The translations under genes and the position numbers were made by a program. A DNA stretch of 64,000 bases from a virus (Duplodnaviria; Caudoviricetes): the IMG/VR virus record IMGVR_UViG_3300028886_000078, positions 17,321 through 81,320 of that record. One strand, 5' to 3'. Position 1 is the first letter of the stretch. Each line of letters opens with the position of its first letter. A model generated the notes under the pieces. The model did not search any database. It saw nothing but the letters and a program-made list of their open reading frames with translations, and was not told the DNA's origin. Below are positions 43,315-53,680 of the stretch, one piece after another.

Positions 43315-43548
43315 ATGAAACTTGATAAAAGAATTTCAAAACAACCGTTTCACTGTTTTGACAGTAATGATGCATCTTGTTTTCTTGGGGAATGGGGATA
43401 TTTTTCAAATTCCTTAGAAAATTATAGCGATTTGTCAAAGACCGTCAAAAGTGTTCTTGATGAAATTGACTTATGTTCTGATAAGCCGTTTAAAACTAAA
43501 GTATCACATAAATATAGATTTTTTGTTCCGGCAACATTTTTGGAGTAA
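43315..43548 (+). CDS. KLDKRI-family (N-domain only)
   Basis: MKLDKRI..PFHCFD..GYFSN...FFVP. Confidence 0.8.
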   Translation: MKLDKRISKQPFHCFDSNDASCFLGEWGYFSNSLENYSDLSKTVKSVLDEIDLCSDKPFKTKVSHKYRFFVPATFLE

Positions 43549-43550
43549 AT

Positions 43551-44039
43551 ATGTTAGAACTTGATAAAAGAATAATTAGCAATGCACGCCCTTATGACTG
43601 TTTTTCAAATGCTGAAGAAGTTTCACAGTACTCAAAAGGTTGGTTTACTAATTTTTTAGAAGATTTTACGAACCTTGATAATGATACCATTATATTTGAT
43701 ACATTAACGGAAGTTAAAAATTCAAATTATCCGTTTATGGCTGAAAAAGGATTTTATAAATTTTTTCTACCTGAATGTATGGCTAAAGTACAAAAAAAAT
43801 TTAGAGCATATGATTCCGTAAAAGAATTACCGTTTACGGTAGGTGATGTATTGTTTATAAAAGACAAAGAAAGTCCGACTATCAATAAATGCATTTGTTC
43901 GAATATAACATGTATAAATGACAGCATATCACTTATCACATTAGGAACAACTGCATACTCTGTACAGGAACTTTTTGAAAATTACAGATGGAAATTTACT
44001 GAAACCGGTGACTGGAAACCTTTTGGAGAAAAAGAGTGA
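43551..44039 (+). CDS. KLDKRI/PFGVEE-family two-domain protein
   Basis: LDKRI...ELFENYRW..WKPFGEKE. Confidence 0.8.
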   Translation: MLELDKRIISNARPYDCFSNAEEVSQYSKGWFTNFLEDFTNLDNDTIIFDTLTEVKNSNYPFMAEKGFYKFFLPECMAKVQKKFRAYDSVKELPFTVGDVLFIKDKESPTINKCICSNITCINDSISLITLGTTAYSVQELFENYRWKFTETGDWKPFGEKE

Positions 44040-44581
44040 AATTAGATAAACATATTAAAGATTTTAAGATTTTGACCCCTTTTAGTACAATGAAAGAGAT
44101 TGAACCGTATATCGGCAAAGAATGTTATTTTGCAGATCACTTAGCAGATTTTAAAAGTCTTGAACAATACTGCAAAAAAGGTATTCTTGACAGATGCATT
44201 TTCGGTGATTATAATGAGAATAGATATCCGTTCAGGATCAATGATGGTACTGAAGATGCAGATGATTTCGGGTTTTGTCTGCCGTGCGATTTCATAAAAG
44301 AAGTTCCTGAAGAAAAACCATTAAAATACAGACCATATACCGTTAAAGAATTTAAGAAACAATTTCAAATCGGTGATGTAATTCTATATAGATTTATCAA
44401 CGATGAATCCGATGCCTTACAATATAGATTTTTGTATCTTGGGGATAAAACACTTGAAGATAACTTCATTGTATATTTTGGAACTGAATCTTATACATTA
44501 TCAAAACTGTTTAACCGTTTTGAATGGTTTGATAAAATAACCGATAGCTGGAAACCTTTCGGAGAAGTAGATGGAAAGTAA
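44036..44581 (+). CDS. KLDKRI/PFGVEE-family two-domain protein
   Basis: KLDKHI...YRPY...WKPFGEV. Confidence 0.8.
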   Translation: MKLDKHIKDFKILTPFSTMKEIEPYIGKECYFADHLADFKSLEQYCKKGILDRCIFGDYNENRYPFRINDGTEDADDFGFCLPCDFIKEVPEEKPLKYRPYTVKEFKKQFQIGDVILYRFINDESDALQYRFLYLGDKTLEDNFIVYFGTESYTLSKLFNRFEWFDKITDSWKPFGEVDGK

Positions 44582-44655
44582 GTTAGAACAGAAAGTAAAA
44601 ATTTTCAATGATGTTCATGCATATAACTATGTTGAAATCACAGAAGATGGAAAAA

Positions 44656-44718
44656 TGTGATGTACTTAACATTTTTAAAATAATTATATTGACTTTTTAA
44701 ATAATAAAAAGTTATTAT
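44656..44718 (+). promoter_or_regulatory. sigma70 promoter with CRP-like box centred at -61.5
   Basis: AAATGTGATGTACTTAACATTT; TTGACT(44689)-N18-TATTAT. Confidence 0.7.
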
Positions 44719-44747
44719 TAAACACATATTTTAAATGAGGTTGAAAA

Positions 44748-45248
44748 ATGATTGAATATGATAAGAGGATTAAAGATCCAAGTAAAATTTTAACACCGTT
44801 TTCATCAAGTATGGAAGATTATTATGGAAAAGAATGCTATTGCACAGATAATTTATATGACTTCCGGGATCTCAAACTCTGCATTGTAGATACATTAGTT
44901 GATAGACCAATATATAATAAGGAATATCAGTTCGCAACCGAAAATGGTCGTTTTAAATACTGCTTACCTAGTGAATTTGTGGAAAAACCAATTAAAAAAC
45001 AGTTAAGACCTTTTAAAACTGCTAAAGAATTACCGTTCACGGTAGGTGATAAAGTTTATTTTAAAGGAAAAGGTTTGAAAACTTACGTATATACAATTGT
45101 AACTGCATTGAATTTCAATTCTAACGGCACATTAACAGGTATTAATTTCGGATGTTCAGAGATAATTGATACAGAACATTTGTTTAATAATTGCGAGTGG
45201 AAATTCGGACTTGATAGCGAATGGCGTCCGTTTGGAGTTGAAGAATGA
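44748..45248 (+). CDS. KLDKRI/PFGVEE-family two-domain protein
   Basis: YDKRI...LRPF...WRPFGVEE. Confidence 0.8.
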   Translation: MIEYDKRIKDPSKILTPFSSSMEDYYGKECYCTDNLYDFRDLKLCIVDTLVDRPIYNKEYQFATENGRFKYCLPSEFVEKPIKKQLRPFKTAKELPFTVGDKVYFKGKGLKTYVYTIVTALNFNSNGTLTGINFGCSEIIDTEHLFNNCEWKFGLDSEWRPFGVEE

Positions 45249-45745
45249 AATTTGATAAAAGAATAAGTCTCGATTTAAGAGATGTGTATACATTGTATTG
45301 TCGAAACAATGATAATCTGTTGGGAATTGAAGTCTATGCTTCAAATGATATTGATGATTTTAATAATATAGACAGATGTAGAAAAGGCAAAGTAGAATAC
45401 CTAGATCCCGTTCACGGGTATTCTGTAAAAATTGATTCTGAGAATACATGTTATTTCAATTTTGTAATACCGGCTATGTGTGTTAAAGAAAAGACTTTAA
45501 GACCATATACCCTTGAGGAATTTACACTTGAGTTTGATGTAGGGAAACCGATTAAGTTCAGAAGAAAAAATAATAAAACAAGTGAATGCTATCTGGTCTA
45601 CCTTGGATATTCATTTGATGAAAGTGAACACGATTATGAGCAGATTCTAATTGGAAAAAGTACTTATACATTGCCGGAACTTTTTGAAAATTATGAATGG
45701 CAGGATGATTCAAATGTTTGGAAACCTTTTGGAGTTGCAGTATGA
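45245..45745 (+). CDS. KLDKRI/PFGVEE-family two-domain protein
   Basis: FDKRI...LRPY...WKPFGVAV. Confidence 0.8.
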   Translation: MKFDKRISLDLRDVYTLYCRNNDNLLGIEVYASNDIDDFNNIDRCRKGKVEYLDPVHGYSVKIDSENTCYFNFVIPAMCVKEKTLRPYTLEEFTLEFDVGKPIKFRRKNNKTSECYLVYLGYSFDESEHDYEQILIGKSTYTLPELFENYEWQDDSNVWKPFGVAV

Positions 45746-46266
45746 AGTTAGATAAAAGAATTAAATCAAAATCAGATATTTTATCATGTTTTGATATCGA
45801 AAACGCTAAAGAATTTGTATTTGTAGATCAAAAGGGGTATTTTGCAAATGAGATAAGTTCTTTTTGTGATATAAACATATGTAAATATGGAACTTTAGGA
45901 AGTGTTTTAGGCGATCAACAAGAATCTTTTTATATGAGTGAAACTGAGGAAAGTTTTAGCTTTTTTATACCGGATTGCGAACTGTTACCAAGAAAACCAA
46001 AAGAAAAACAGTATAGACCGTATACACTTATGGAATTTACGAATATATTCACAGTTGGACTGCCGATTAAATTCAGGAAAAAGGGAGAGGTAGGAAATGA
46101 GCGTTATTTAATTTTGAACGGTTATTCAAATTGTAAACTCTTTGATGAAATAACTACAGATATTTACATTGGAAGAGGGGCATATACTCTCGATGAATTG
46201 TTTAACAAGTATGAGTGGCAAGCATCTGATACAGAAGATTTCCAGCCTTTTGGAGTTGAAGAATGA
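45742..46266 (+). CDS. KLDKRI/PFGVEE-family two-domain protein
   Basis: Start ATG 45742 (ATGA overlap); ends FQPFGVEE. Confidence 0.8.
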   Translation: MKLDKRIKSKSDILSCFDIENAKEFVFVDQKGYFANEISSFCDINICKYGTLGSVLGDQQESFYMSETEESFSFFIPDCELLPRKPKEKQYRPYTLMEFTNIFTVGLPIKFRKKGEVGNERYLILNGYSNCKLFDEITTDIYIGRGAYTLDELFNKYEWQASDTEDFQPFGVEE

Positions 46267-46802
46267 AGTTAGATAAGAGATTAAAAATTTCACCATTTAA
46301 CTGTTTTGATTCAAAACAAGCAAGAAGATACATTGACAAAATGGGTTACTTTTCAAATAATCTAGGTGATTTTTCAGATTTGGCTAAATGCAAATTTGGG
46401 ACTTTAGGTTCTATTCATGATGATACAGAACACCCATATTACATGAAAGAAAATGTAACCTTCCACCCATATTACATGAAAGAAAATATAACCTTCAATG
46501 GGTTCAATGGGTTCTTTGTTCCTGAATGTTTGGTTGAACCTACCAAGCATAACAAACGGCCTTTTGGAATGCAGGAATTCAAAGATAATCTGCCTAAGAT
46601 GATGTTTTCCGATGATTTAATACATTTTAGGGATAAGGCAACTGATGCTAAATTTTCATTAAAATTTGTCGGGGAAATCTTAGACGGTTCAGACTGGTTT
46701 GTTTGCCTAGGTACTAGGGAATACAGCTTGAAAGAACTTTTTGAAAACTTTGAATACCTTGATAAAGATGGCGGTTGGAATACTTTTGGAGTTAAGGAGT
46801 AA
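46263..46802 (+). CDS. KLDKRI/PFGVEE-family two-domain protein
   Basis: Ends WNTFGVKE; internal 33-bp duplication. Confidence 0.8.
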   Translation: MKLDKRLKISPFNCFDSKQARRYIDKMGYFSNNLGDFSDLAKCKFGTLGSIHDDTEHPYYMKENVTFHPYYMKENITFNGFNGFFVPECLVEPTKHNKRPFGMQEFKDNLPKMMFSDDLIHFRDKATDAKFSLKFVGEILDGSDWFVCLGTREYSLKELFENFEYLDKDGGWNTFGVKE

Positions 46803-46805
46803 AAA

Positions 46806-47321
46806 ATGAAGTTAAAACTTGATAAAAGAATACCGAATCATAGTAGTATTTTCACATGTTTTGATACTGAACGTGCAGAACAGCATATAGGTAAGCAAGG
46901 CTATTTCACCAGTACTTATTCTAACTTTGCAAATATAAACAATCTACCTAAAGGCAGATTAACAGGAATAGATGAGAGTTTTGTTAGTGAAAAATACCAT
47001 GCAATTGTGGGTAATGCAAAAGTGCGTAAAGAGTATTATTCGTTCTTTTTGCCAGAAGATTATCTTAAACCGGAAGAAAAAGTATTTAGACCATGCACAT
47101 TAGATGATTTTGGTCTTCATATCGGAGATTTGATAAGATTCAGGAAAAAAGAGGATCATAATTTTGAAATCTGTACTATATACATGGGGTATAGAAAAAA
47201 GAATGGCGGCGTAAACGTATTATTAGGAAATAATTATTATACCTTAGAAGATCTTTTTAATGAGTATGAGTGGTATGATAGCGATTCTAACACATGGGAA
47301 ATATTTGGAGTAGAAGAATGA
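46806..47321 (+). CDS. KLDKRI/PFGVEE-family two-domain protein
   Basis: Ends WEIFGVEE. Confidence 0.8.
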   Translation: MKLKLDKRIPNHSSIFTCFDTERAEQHIGKQGYFTSTYSNFANINNLPKGRLTGIDESFVSEKYHAIVGNAKVRKEYYSFFLPEDYLKPEEKVFRPCTLDDFGLHIGDLIRFRKKEDHNFEICTIYMGYRKKNGGVNVLLGNNYYTLEDLFNEYEWYDSDSNTWEIFGVEE

Positions 47322-47791
47322 AATTAGATGCAAGAATTTTAAAAAATCCTTTAACCGGTTTTGATTTTAAAATCGCTCAAGAATTTATCGGCAAATCAGG
47401 TTATTTTGGTAATAGTGTTGAAGATTTTTTCCACCTTGATAAATTAAAACATGGCGAATTACTTCGTATAGACGAATACAATGGAGAATTTTATTACGGT
47501 GTCAATCATGTTAGCGATTTTTGTACATATTTTTTACCAGATGAATATGTAAATCATGTTAAACCTATTGAAGAAGATATAACCCTCGCTAAACTTTTAA
47601 GCAAGTTAGAAGTTTCCCCTTTTACTAGAATTGTTATCCATGATGAGTCAGAAAATATGGTTTTTGATTCTGAAGATCCTGAAACATTTTATTTTTACGA
47701 TTATTGGAAATTACTTGAGAAAAAAGTTTGCCGATTTGCGGATACAACAAGAAACGGAAAAAGAAGTGTTTATATTTTTATGAGTTATTAA
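47318..47791 (+). CDS. KLDKRI N-domain fused to a different C-domain
   Basis: MKLDARI...FLPDE then ITLAKLLSKL... Confidence 0.75.
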   Translation: MKLDARILKNPLTGFDFKIAQEFIGKSGYFGNSVEDFFHLDKLKHGELLRIDEYNGEFYYGVNHVSDFCTYFLPDEYVNHVKPIEEDITLAKLLSKLEVSPFTRIVIHDESENMVFDSEDPETFYFYDYWKLLEKKVCRFADTTRNGKRSVYIFMSY

Positions 47792-47801
47792 GGGTTGAAG
47801 A

Positions 47802-48290
47802 ATGAAATTAGATGCAAGAATTAAATCAATATCAGATATATTAACATGTTTTGATATTGAAGAATCAAAGCAATATATAGGTCAAAAAGGTTATTTTTCT
47901 AATGACATTGAACATTATAGATGTTTAGATAGCACAAAGTATGGTATTTTAACTGAGATTAGGGATAGTCACTATCAATTTAAAGAAGATAACAATTCTT
48001 GGAGATTCTTTATTCCTGAAAGCAGATTACTTAAAGATAAGAAAAAGGAATTTAGACCTTATACTCTGAGGGAGTTTTTGGTTAAATTTCCTTTGCTTAC
48101 AACCATTACAGTGAGAAAAAGGGGGGATAATGACTGCATCATTACTAGTACTTTTACTGCTTATCGAACTAGGATTATCTGTATTGATGTATGTTTAGGT
48201 GCGGAGTGGATTTCGCTAGGAACACTTGCTGATGAATATGAGTATAAAAATACATTAGGTAATTGGCTGCCTTTTGGAGTTGAAGAATGA
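47802..48290 (+). CDS. KLDKRI/PFGVEE-family two-domain protein
   Basis: Ends WLPFGVEE. Confidence 0.8.
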   Translation: MKLDARIKSISDILTCFDIEESKQYIGQKGYFSNDIEHYRCLDSTKYGILTEIRDSHYQFKEDNNSWRFFIPESRLLKDKKKEFRPYTLREFLVKFPLLTTITVRKRGDNDCIITSTFTAYRTRIICIDVCLGAEWISLGTLADEYEYKNTLGNWLPFGVEE

Positions 48291-48476
48291 CTGCTAAAAA
48301 AATTGATACTTTATTAGAAAATCAAAAAATTAATGCTGATACAATTTCAGTTTCATTGTCAAAGAAAGAATTAGAACTACTTATAGATACGGTGTCTGAT
48401 ATGCCAATCACGAATAAACAAGCGAATAGTATATATCAAAAATTAACAGAAAAACTTGAAACTCTGGAGAGTAAAA

Positions 48477-48752
48477 ATGAAATTAGACAGAAGAATTGAA
48501 AACAAGTCTTTAATTTATACACCGTTTACTGCATCCAAACTTAAATTACATGAAAAAGGCTATTTCGCAGATGATATGCTGGCATTTGCTAATTTAGCAA
48601 AATGTGTTTATAGTGAACTTAGTGGATATGACATTAAATTAAAATATCCATATCGGTGCAAACATGATGATAACATTCTTGCTCTTGCTTATTGCTATCA
48701 CAGTTTTTTCATTCCTGAAAGCAGACTTGAATCAAAAGTGAAAGGAGAATAA
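48477..48752 (+). CDS. KLDKRI-family (N-domain only)
   Basis: MKLDRRI...FFIPESRL. Confidence 0.75.
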   Translation: MKLDRRIENKSLIYTPFTASKLKLHEKGYFADDMLAFANLAKCVYSELSGYDIKLKYPYRCKHDDNILALAYCYHSFFIPESRLESKVKGE

Positions 48753-49150
48753 AAATGACTGAAGAACACTTAACTGATGAAGAATATTTAAAAGATTTGT
48801 ATGGCAATTTGCATGATTTAATAGAGTGCTGCATGGAATGCAAAGAAAAAATACAAGACCTAGATAACTGGCAAGCTGTTCATGACCTTGAATTTCAATT
48901 AGGTTTAGCTGCTGAAAAACTCAGAAGATACCTAACTAAAATAGGGATTGAAGAATGAGTGAAAAATTGCCTGATGATATCATGGATTTTGATGAACTGA
49001 GGGGTTATATTTGGGCTTGGATAGCAAGAACGGTAACTCACAAAGAAGATTTTAAAGGTGATGCTAATGAGCAACTTGTCAAAGTTATTACAAGTATTGA
49101 TTATTACTTTGATTGGTTTATAGACAAAGTGAATGAATTAGAGGTAAAAA

Positions 49151-49642
49151 ATGAAACTAGACAGTAGAATTAAATCAAAATCAGATATTTTATCATGTTT
49201 TGATATCGAAAAAGCTAAAGAATTTGTAGGGCAAAAAGGTTATTTTGCGAACGACTTATATTGTTTTAGTGTTGTAGAAACATGTTATTATGATACTTTA
49301 GTAGAAGTCTTTAAAGACGCTAACGACCCATTTAAGGACGATGATGGTTGTTATTGGGGTTTATTTATCCCTGAGAGTGTTTTAAAACCAAAACCAAAAG
49401 AAAAGAAGCACAGACCTTTTAAAGATATAAACGAATTTTTTATAAAAACTAATTTTGATGCTGGTGATATAATACGTGTATATTCTAAATCGCAGAATAG
49501 TGAATTACATCTCATGCTTGTTGGATGGTCCGATAATGAGTTAATACTCGGAAGTTTACGGAGGTCTTTTAAAGAATTGCTTGAATTGTTTGAATTATGG
49601 GACGGAGAAGAAAAATTTATCCCATTTGGAGTTGAAGAATGA
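49151..49642 (+). CDS. KLDKRI/PFGVEE-family two-domain protein
   Basis: Ends FIPFGVEE. Confidence 0.8.
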   Translation: MKLDSRIKSKSDILSCFDIEKAKEFVGQKGYFANDLYCFSVVETCYYDTLVEVFKDANDPFKDDDGCYWGLFIPESVLKPKPKEKKHRPFKDINEFFIKTNFDAGDIIRVYSKSQNSELHLMLVGWSDNELILGSLRRSFKELLELFELWDGEEKFIPFGVEE

Positions 49643-50145
49643 AACTAGACAGCAAAATTAAATCATTATCAGACATTTTAACATGCTTTGATAATGAAAA
49701 GGCAAAATCCTTTATAGGTCAAAAAGGCTATTTTACTAATGATCTGTATCGCTTTAGTGATGTACTTTCATGCTATCATGATACTTTAACAAATGTTAAA
49801 GATAATGATGATGATAATTACTTATTTAAGGATGATGATAACCATTCTTGGGATCTCTTTATTCCAGAGAGTAGATTGCTTATAGAGAAAAAGAAGTACA
49901 GACCATTCGATCCCACAACCTTTGAACAGCATTTCGATATAGGTTCAGTTATTGAATATCGTAAAAAAGATGAGAAAAATCGTATATATAAAGAAACCAT
50001 AGAATCAACTTCAAGAGATTATAATTTAAATGAGTTCTATGTTGAAATTGGAGAATATACTTATACTCTTAGCGACATGTTTGAAGATTTTGAACTTTTT
50101 GAAAATGGGGAGTGGAAACCTTTTGGAGTAGAAAATGACTTTTAA
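49639..50145 (+). CDS. KLDKRI/PFGVEE-family two-domain protein
   Basis: Ends WKPFGVENDF. Confidence 0.8.
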   Translation: MKLDSKIKSLSDILTCFDNEKAKSFIGQKGYFTNDLYRFSDVLSCYHDTLTNVKDNDDDNYLFKDDDNHSWDLFIPESRLLIEKKKYRPFDPTTFEQHFDIGSVIEYRKKDEKNRIYKETIESTSRDYNLNEFYVEIGEYTYTLSDMFEDFELFENGEWKPFGVENDF

Positions 50146-50557
50146 AGAATTAGCATTAAAAATGCTAAAAGAATATCCCGATGGGATTTGGGTTCACTTT
50201 CCTGATATGCCCGATAGGTTCAGAATACGCAATGAGATATATCTTGATGAGCAAAGTCTTGATGAATTTGAAAGTCGTTTGAAAAAGGAAGTTGCCGATT
50301 ATTATATTGATGATTTTGGGTATGATGTTCTTGAAGTTACTTTGAAAGAGGATTTAAAGAATGACTAAGGAAGAACTCGAAAAAGAAAACGAAAGATTAA
50401 GAAACCTTGTTAATAATTTAAAAATAGAAAACAGTAAATTTAAAGTAACATGCAAAGCATTAAAATTGGAACTTAAAAAATATTTAAAGGTAGAAAATCA
50501 AAAATAAAATCATTGATTATTATACGGATATTTGTGGGTCTAAAAGAGGATTGAAAT

Positions 50558-51193
50558 ATGTACGAACCGGAAACAAACATTTCAGAAGAAGACCTTGAAT
50601 TATATGCAGATTATGCAGTCGAACATGCAGCGGAAGTTGCTAAAATAATTGAGCAAGCTGTTGAAACAAACAAAGTACGTTTCAAAGAATATCTGATATA
50701 CATGATTTGGTGTGATTTGGATGATGATGATGATTCTGAAATAACCGTTTATTATCAGGATTATGATAAGAAACGTGAAAAGCTTGGTGAACTATATAAG
50801 CATCATACAGTAAAATATAGTGAAACAACAATCCATGATTATTTAAATTTTCATAATACATCATTTCATAATTATGATGAATTCGGATTAAACTATGGTT
50901 ATAATTCAGATGATTACATGCAGGAAATGAATAGCTACACATTCACATATATTCTCAAGGATATTAAAAAGTATATAGAAGATGTTTTCTACATTCAAAT
51001 GACGGATAAAGAATTTGATTATCTTGTAGAAAATGCATCTTATTTTGATTCTGCATATGATAAGTGTACCACAATACCGCCGATGATTGATGCTCGTTTT
51101 ATTGCCGATTATACTGGCATTAACGATATGACTTTGAGTGAAGTCAATGATTATGAGTTTGAAACTGATATAGATGAGTTTCCTGATGACTAA
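50558..51193 (+). CDS. Acidic hypothetical protein
   Basis: 211 aa, GAGG RBS. Confidence 0.7.
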   Translation: MYEPETNISEEDLELYADYAVEHAAEVAKIIEQAVETNKVRFKEYLIYMIWCDLDDDDDSEITVYYQDYDKKREKLGELYKHHTVKYSETTIHDYLNFHNTSFHNYDEFGLNYGYNSDDYMQEMNSYTFTYILKDIKKYIEDVFYIQMTDKEFDYLVENASYFDSAYDKCTTIPPMIDARFIADYTGINDMTLSEVNDYEFETDIDEFPDD

Positions 51194-51590
51194 AACTATT
51201 TTTGGTGCAGTAATCGGTGTTCCTGAAGATTTAAAACTTAAAGCATTAGAATATTTTGAGTTTGAAAAAGAACTTATTAATATTATAATACAATTTGAAG
51301 AAAAAATTTGCTAGGAGTAGATAATGGATATTGAAATAGATGATTTTGAACTGGAACAACTAAAAAACAGTCAACAAATTTCAAAAGAAGATTTTGAAAA
51401 ATACAAACTTAAACAGATAGAACGTGAAATGAACGTTTCAGATTATGAAAAGTATAAACTCACTCAAACTTTAAAAGACCTTGCTGGTACAGTAAGAGGA
51501 AGTAAAAATGATAATTCATAAGTGTCATTTTCATGGGGCTTTTCTTAATTGTGTGTATAGTATTTTTGTTTGCATTAAGGAATTATTTAA

Positions 51591-52401
51591 ATGATTGAAT
51601 GTACATTTCCATATATTCCGATTTGCATAGGAATAGCAGCAATCCTTTTCATAATCGCTATTTTTAAAGAATCATTTAAAAATGCAGTCATTGCAGTGAT
51701 TGTATTGCTTTCAATTCCAGTATACCTTATACTAGATTCTGATACGATTGAACAATGCAAAATACAGCAAAACAAGCAAAGAATTGAAAATGATAAACAG
51801 TATTTGCTTGATAATCTTGAGCAAGGGCAATGTGGCGATGTATGTCTTAAGGAAACAAATAGTGTTCATTCTACAAGGTACGAGCATTATACGATGTGTG
51901 AAGTGAGTATTAAGGTTTGTAAAGAATGAATAGTACCGTTTGTTCAAGTAATTCAATTTTTAAATAGTACCTTTGGAGAATAAAAATGAAACTACCATCA
52001 TTATTATTTTTAATAGCTTTCGGATTGCTTTTCCTTTTCTACTATGCTTTTGATAAGGAAAAGGAAGAGATAAGGTCTGATCCTACTTTAGAAAGGACAA
52101 ATTATATCGCTAAATGCACACAGTGGATTCTTGGTGCTGGTTGTAAGGAATTTGAAATTTATAAAGTAAAGGCTGAAAAATGAGTACATGCGATATTATT
52201 TGGTTTTGTATTATAGGTGCTTTTGTATGCGGAATCTTAGGTTTTTGGATAGGATACCAAAGAGGTGAACTTCAAGGTGGTAAATACATAATCCATCAAT
52301 TAATGCAGAAAGGTTCTGTAACTATGATTCATACAGAAGGAAATACTAAAATGATTTGGGAGGTAGATGTACCTGATGAAAAAATCGCAAACGAGCAATA
52401 A
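51591..52401 (+). other. Cluster of small membrane-anchored proteins (51591, 51986, 52180)
   Basis: Hydrophobic N-terminal segments in each ORF. Confidence 0.6.
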
Positions 52402-52677
52402 GGTATTTACAATTCAAAAATTGAGTGACAACGGTTTAGATGAACTCATCAAAGACTTAAAAACAGATATTGAGCATCTTGAATTTGTATATACTGCTAG
52501 GAATCTTTCCGGCATTTGCACAAAAGAAGATTTTGAGAATGATTCGAGATACCATCTATATTGTGAGTTACTTCTCGAAATTGCTAAAAATGAGCAGAAA
52601 AATAGAAAAAATAATTGACTTTATTAATATATTATTATATAAAATATATATGTTTTTTAAAATGGAGAATTTGAATT

Positions 52678-53184
52678 ATGAAATTAGATGAGAAAATGAG
52701 TAGATTACCGTACACATGCTTTGAAAAGGATGATTGCGAAAAATTTGTCGGACAAATGGGTTATTTCACGGATTCTATTGAGGATTATTCAGACCTTAAA
52801 GAATGCTGCTATCGTAAAAGATTAAAAAATGTTTTATCGGATGGCAATTATCCATTTCGTGCCACTGATAATATCACTTATAGATTTTTCTTTCCTGATG
52901 ATTTATTAAAAGAGTCGGTTAAACAGTTAAGACCGTTTGAAACAGTAGAAGAACTTCCGTTTGGTGCGCTTGGTTCATTGTATATGCGCCATAAATCAGA
53001 ACCGGAAAGGGTTTATTTAACATCTATACAAGGTTTCATCATCAAAGATGACAAACTTTGTAGCGTTATTATATTTTCAAAAGAACGTTCAATGTATGAC
53101 TTGATGAAAGATTGGGAGTGGAAATTCGTCCATAAATCATCAGACCTTGAAAATGAATGGCAGCCGTTTGGAGTTTTTGAATGA
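52678..53184 (+). CDS. KLDKRI/PFGVEE-family two-domain protein
   Basis: Ends WQPFGVFE. Confidence 0.8.
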   Translation: MKLDEKMSRLPYTCFEKDDCEKFVGQMGYFTDSIEDYSDLKECCYRKRLKNVLSDGNYPFRATDNITYRFFFPDDLLKESVKQLRPFETVEELPFGALGSLYMRHKSEPERVYLTSIQGFIIKDDKLCSVIIFSKERSMYDLMKDWEWKFVHKSSDLENEWQPFGVFE

Positions 53185-53678
53185 TTTTAGATAAACATTT
53201 TAATATATTACCGCTTAACTGTTTCACAGTAAATCTAGGTAAACGTTTTGTGAAACGTCAAGGCTATTTTTCAAATGATATTGATAATTTTTCAAATCAT
53301 AGATTATGCGGTCACGGAACATTGGAATGCATATATCATGATGCGAAAGACCCTTACGAGATGAAAGAATGCGGAAGTCGATTCAAATATTTTTATCCCG
53401 ATGACTTATTAAACAATGTGCCGAAATTAAGACCTTATAAAACTTTTGATGAAATACCTTTTTTGAATTTATTCATCAAAATACGCAAGAAAGGTTCTGA
53501 AATATACGCATTGCGTATGGCTATGGGATTTAATGTCAATGCAGATAATGAATTAACAAGCATTTTGTTTTATGGTAAAGAGATAACCATACAAGACTTG
53601 TTTGATAACTACGAGTGGCAGTGGGGTTATGATATTTCAGATGCCGATGAATGGAAACCTTTTGGAGTTGAGGTATAA
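53181..53678 (+). CDS. KLDKRI/PFGVEE-family two-domain protein
   Basis: Ends WKPFGVEV. Confidence 0.8.
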   Translation: MILDKHFNILPLNCFTVNLGKRFVKRQGYFSNDIDNFSNHRLCGHGTLECIYHDAKDPYEMKECGSRFKYFYPDDLLNNVPKLRPYKTFDEIPFLNLFIKIRKKGSEIYALRMAMGFNVNADNELTSILFYGKEITIQDLFDNYEWQWGYDISDADEWKPFGVEV

Positions 53679-53680
53679 TT

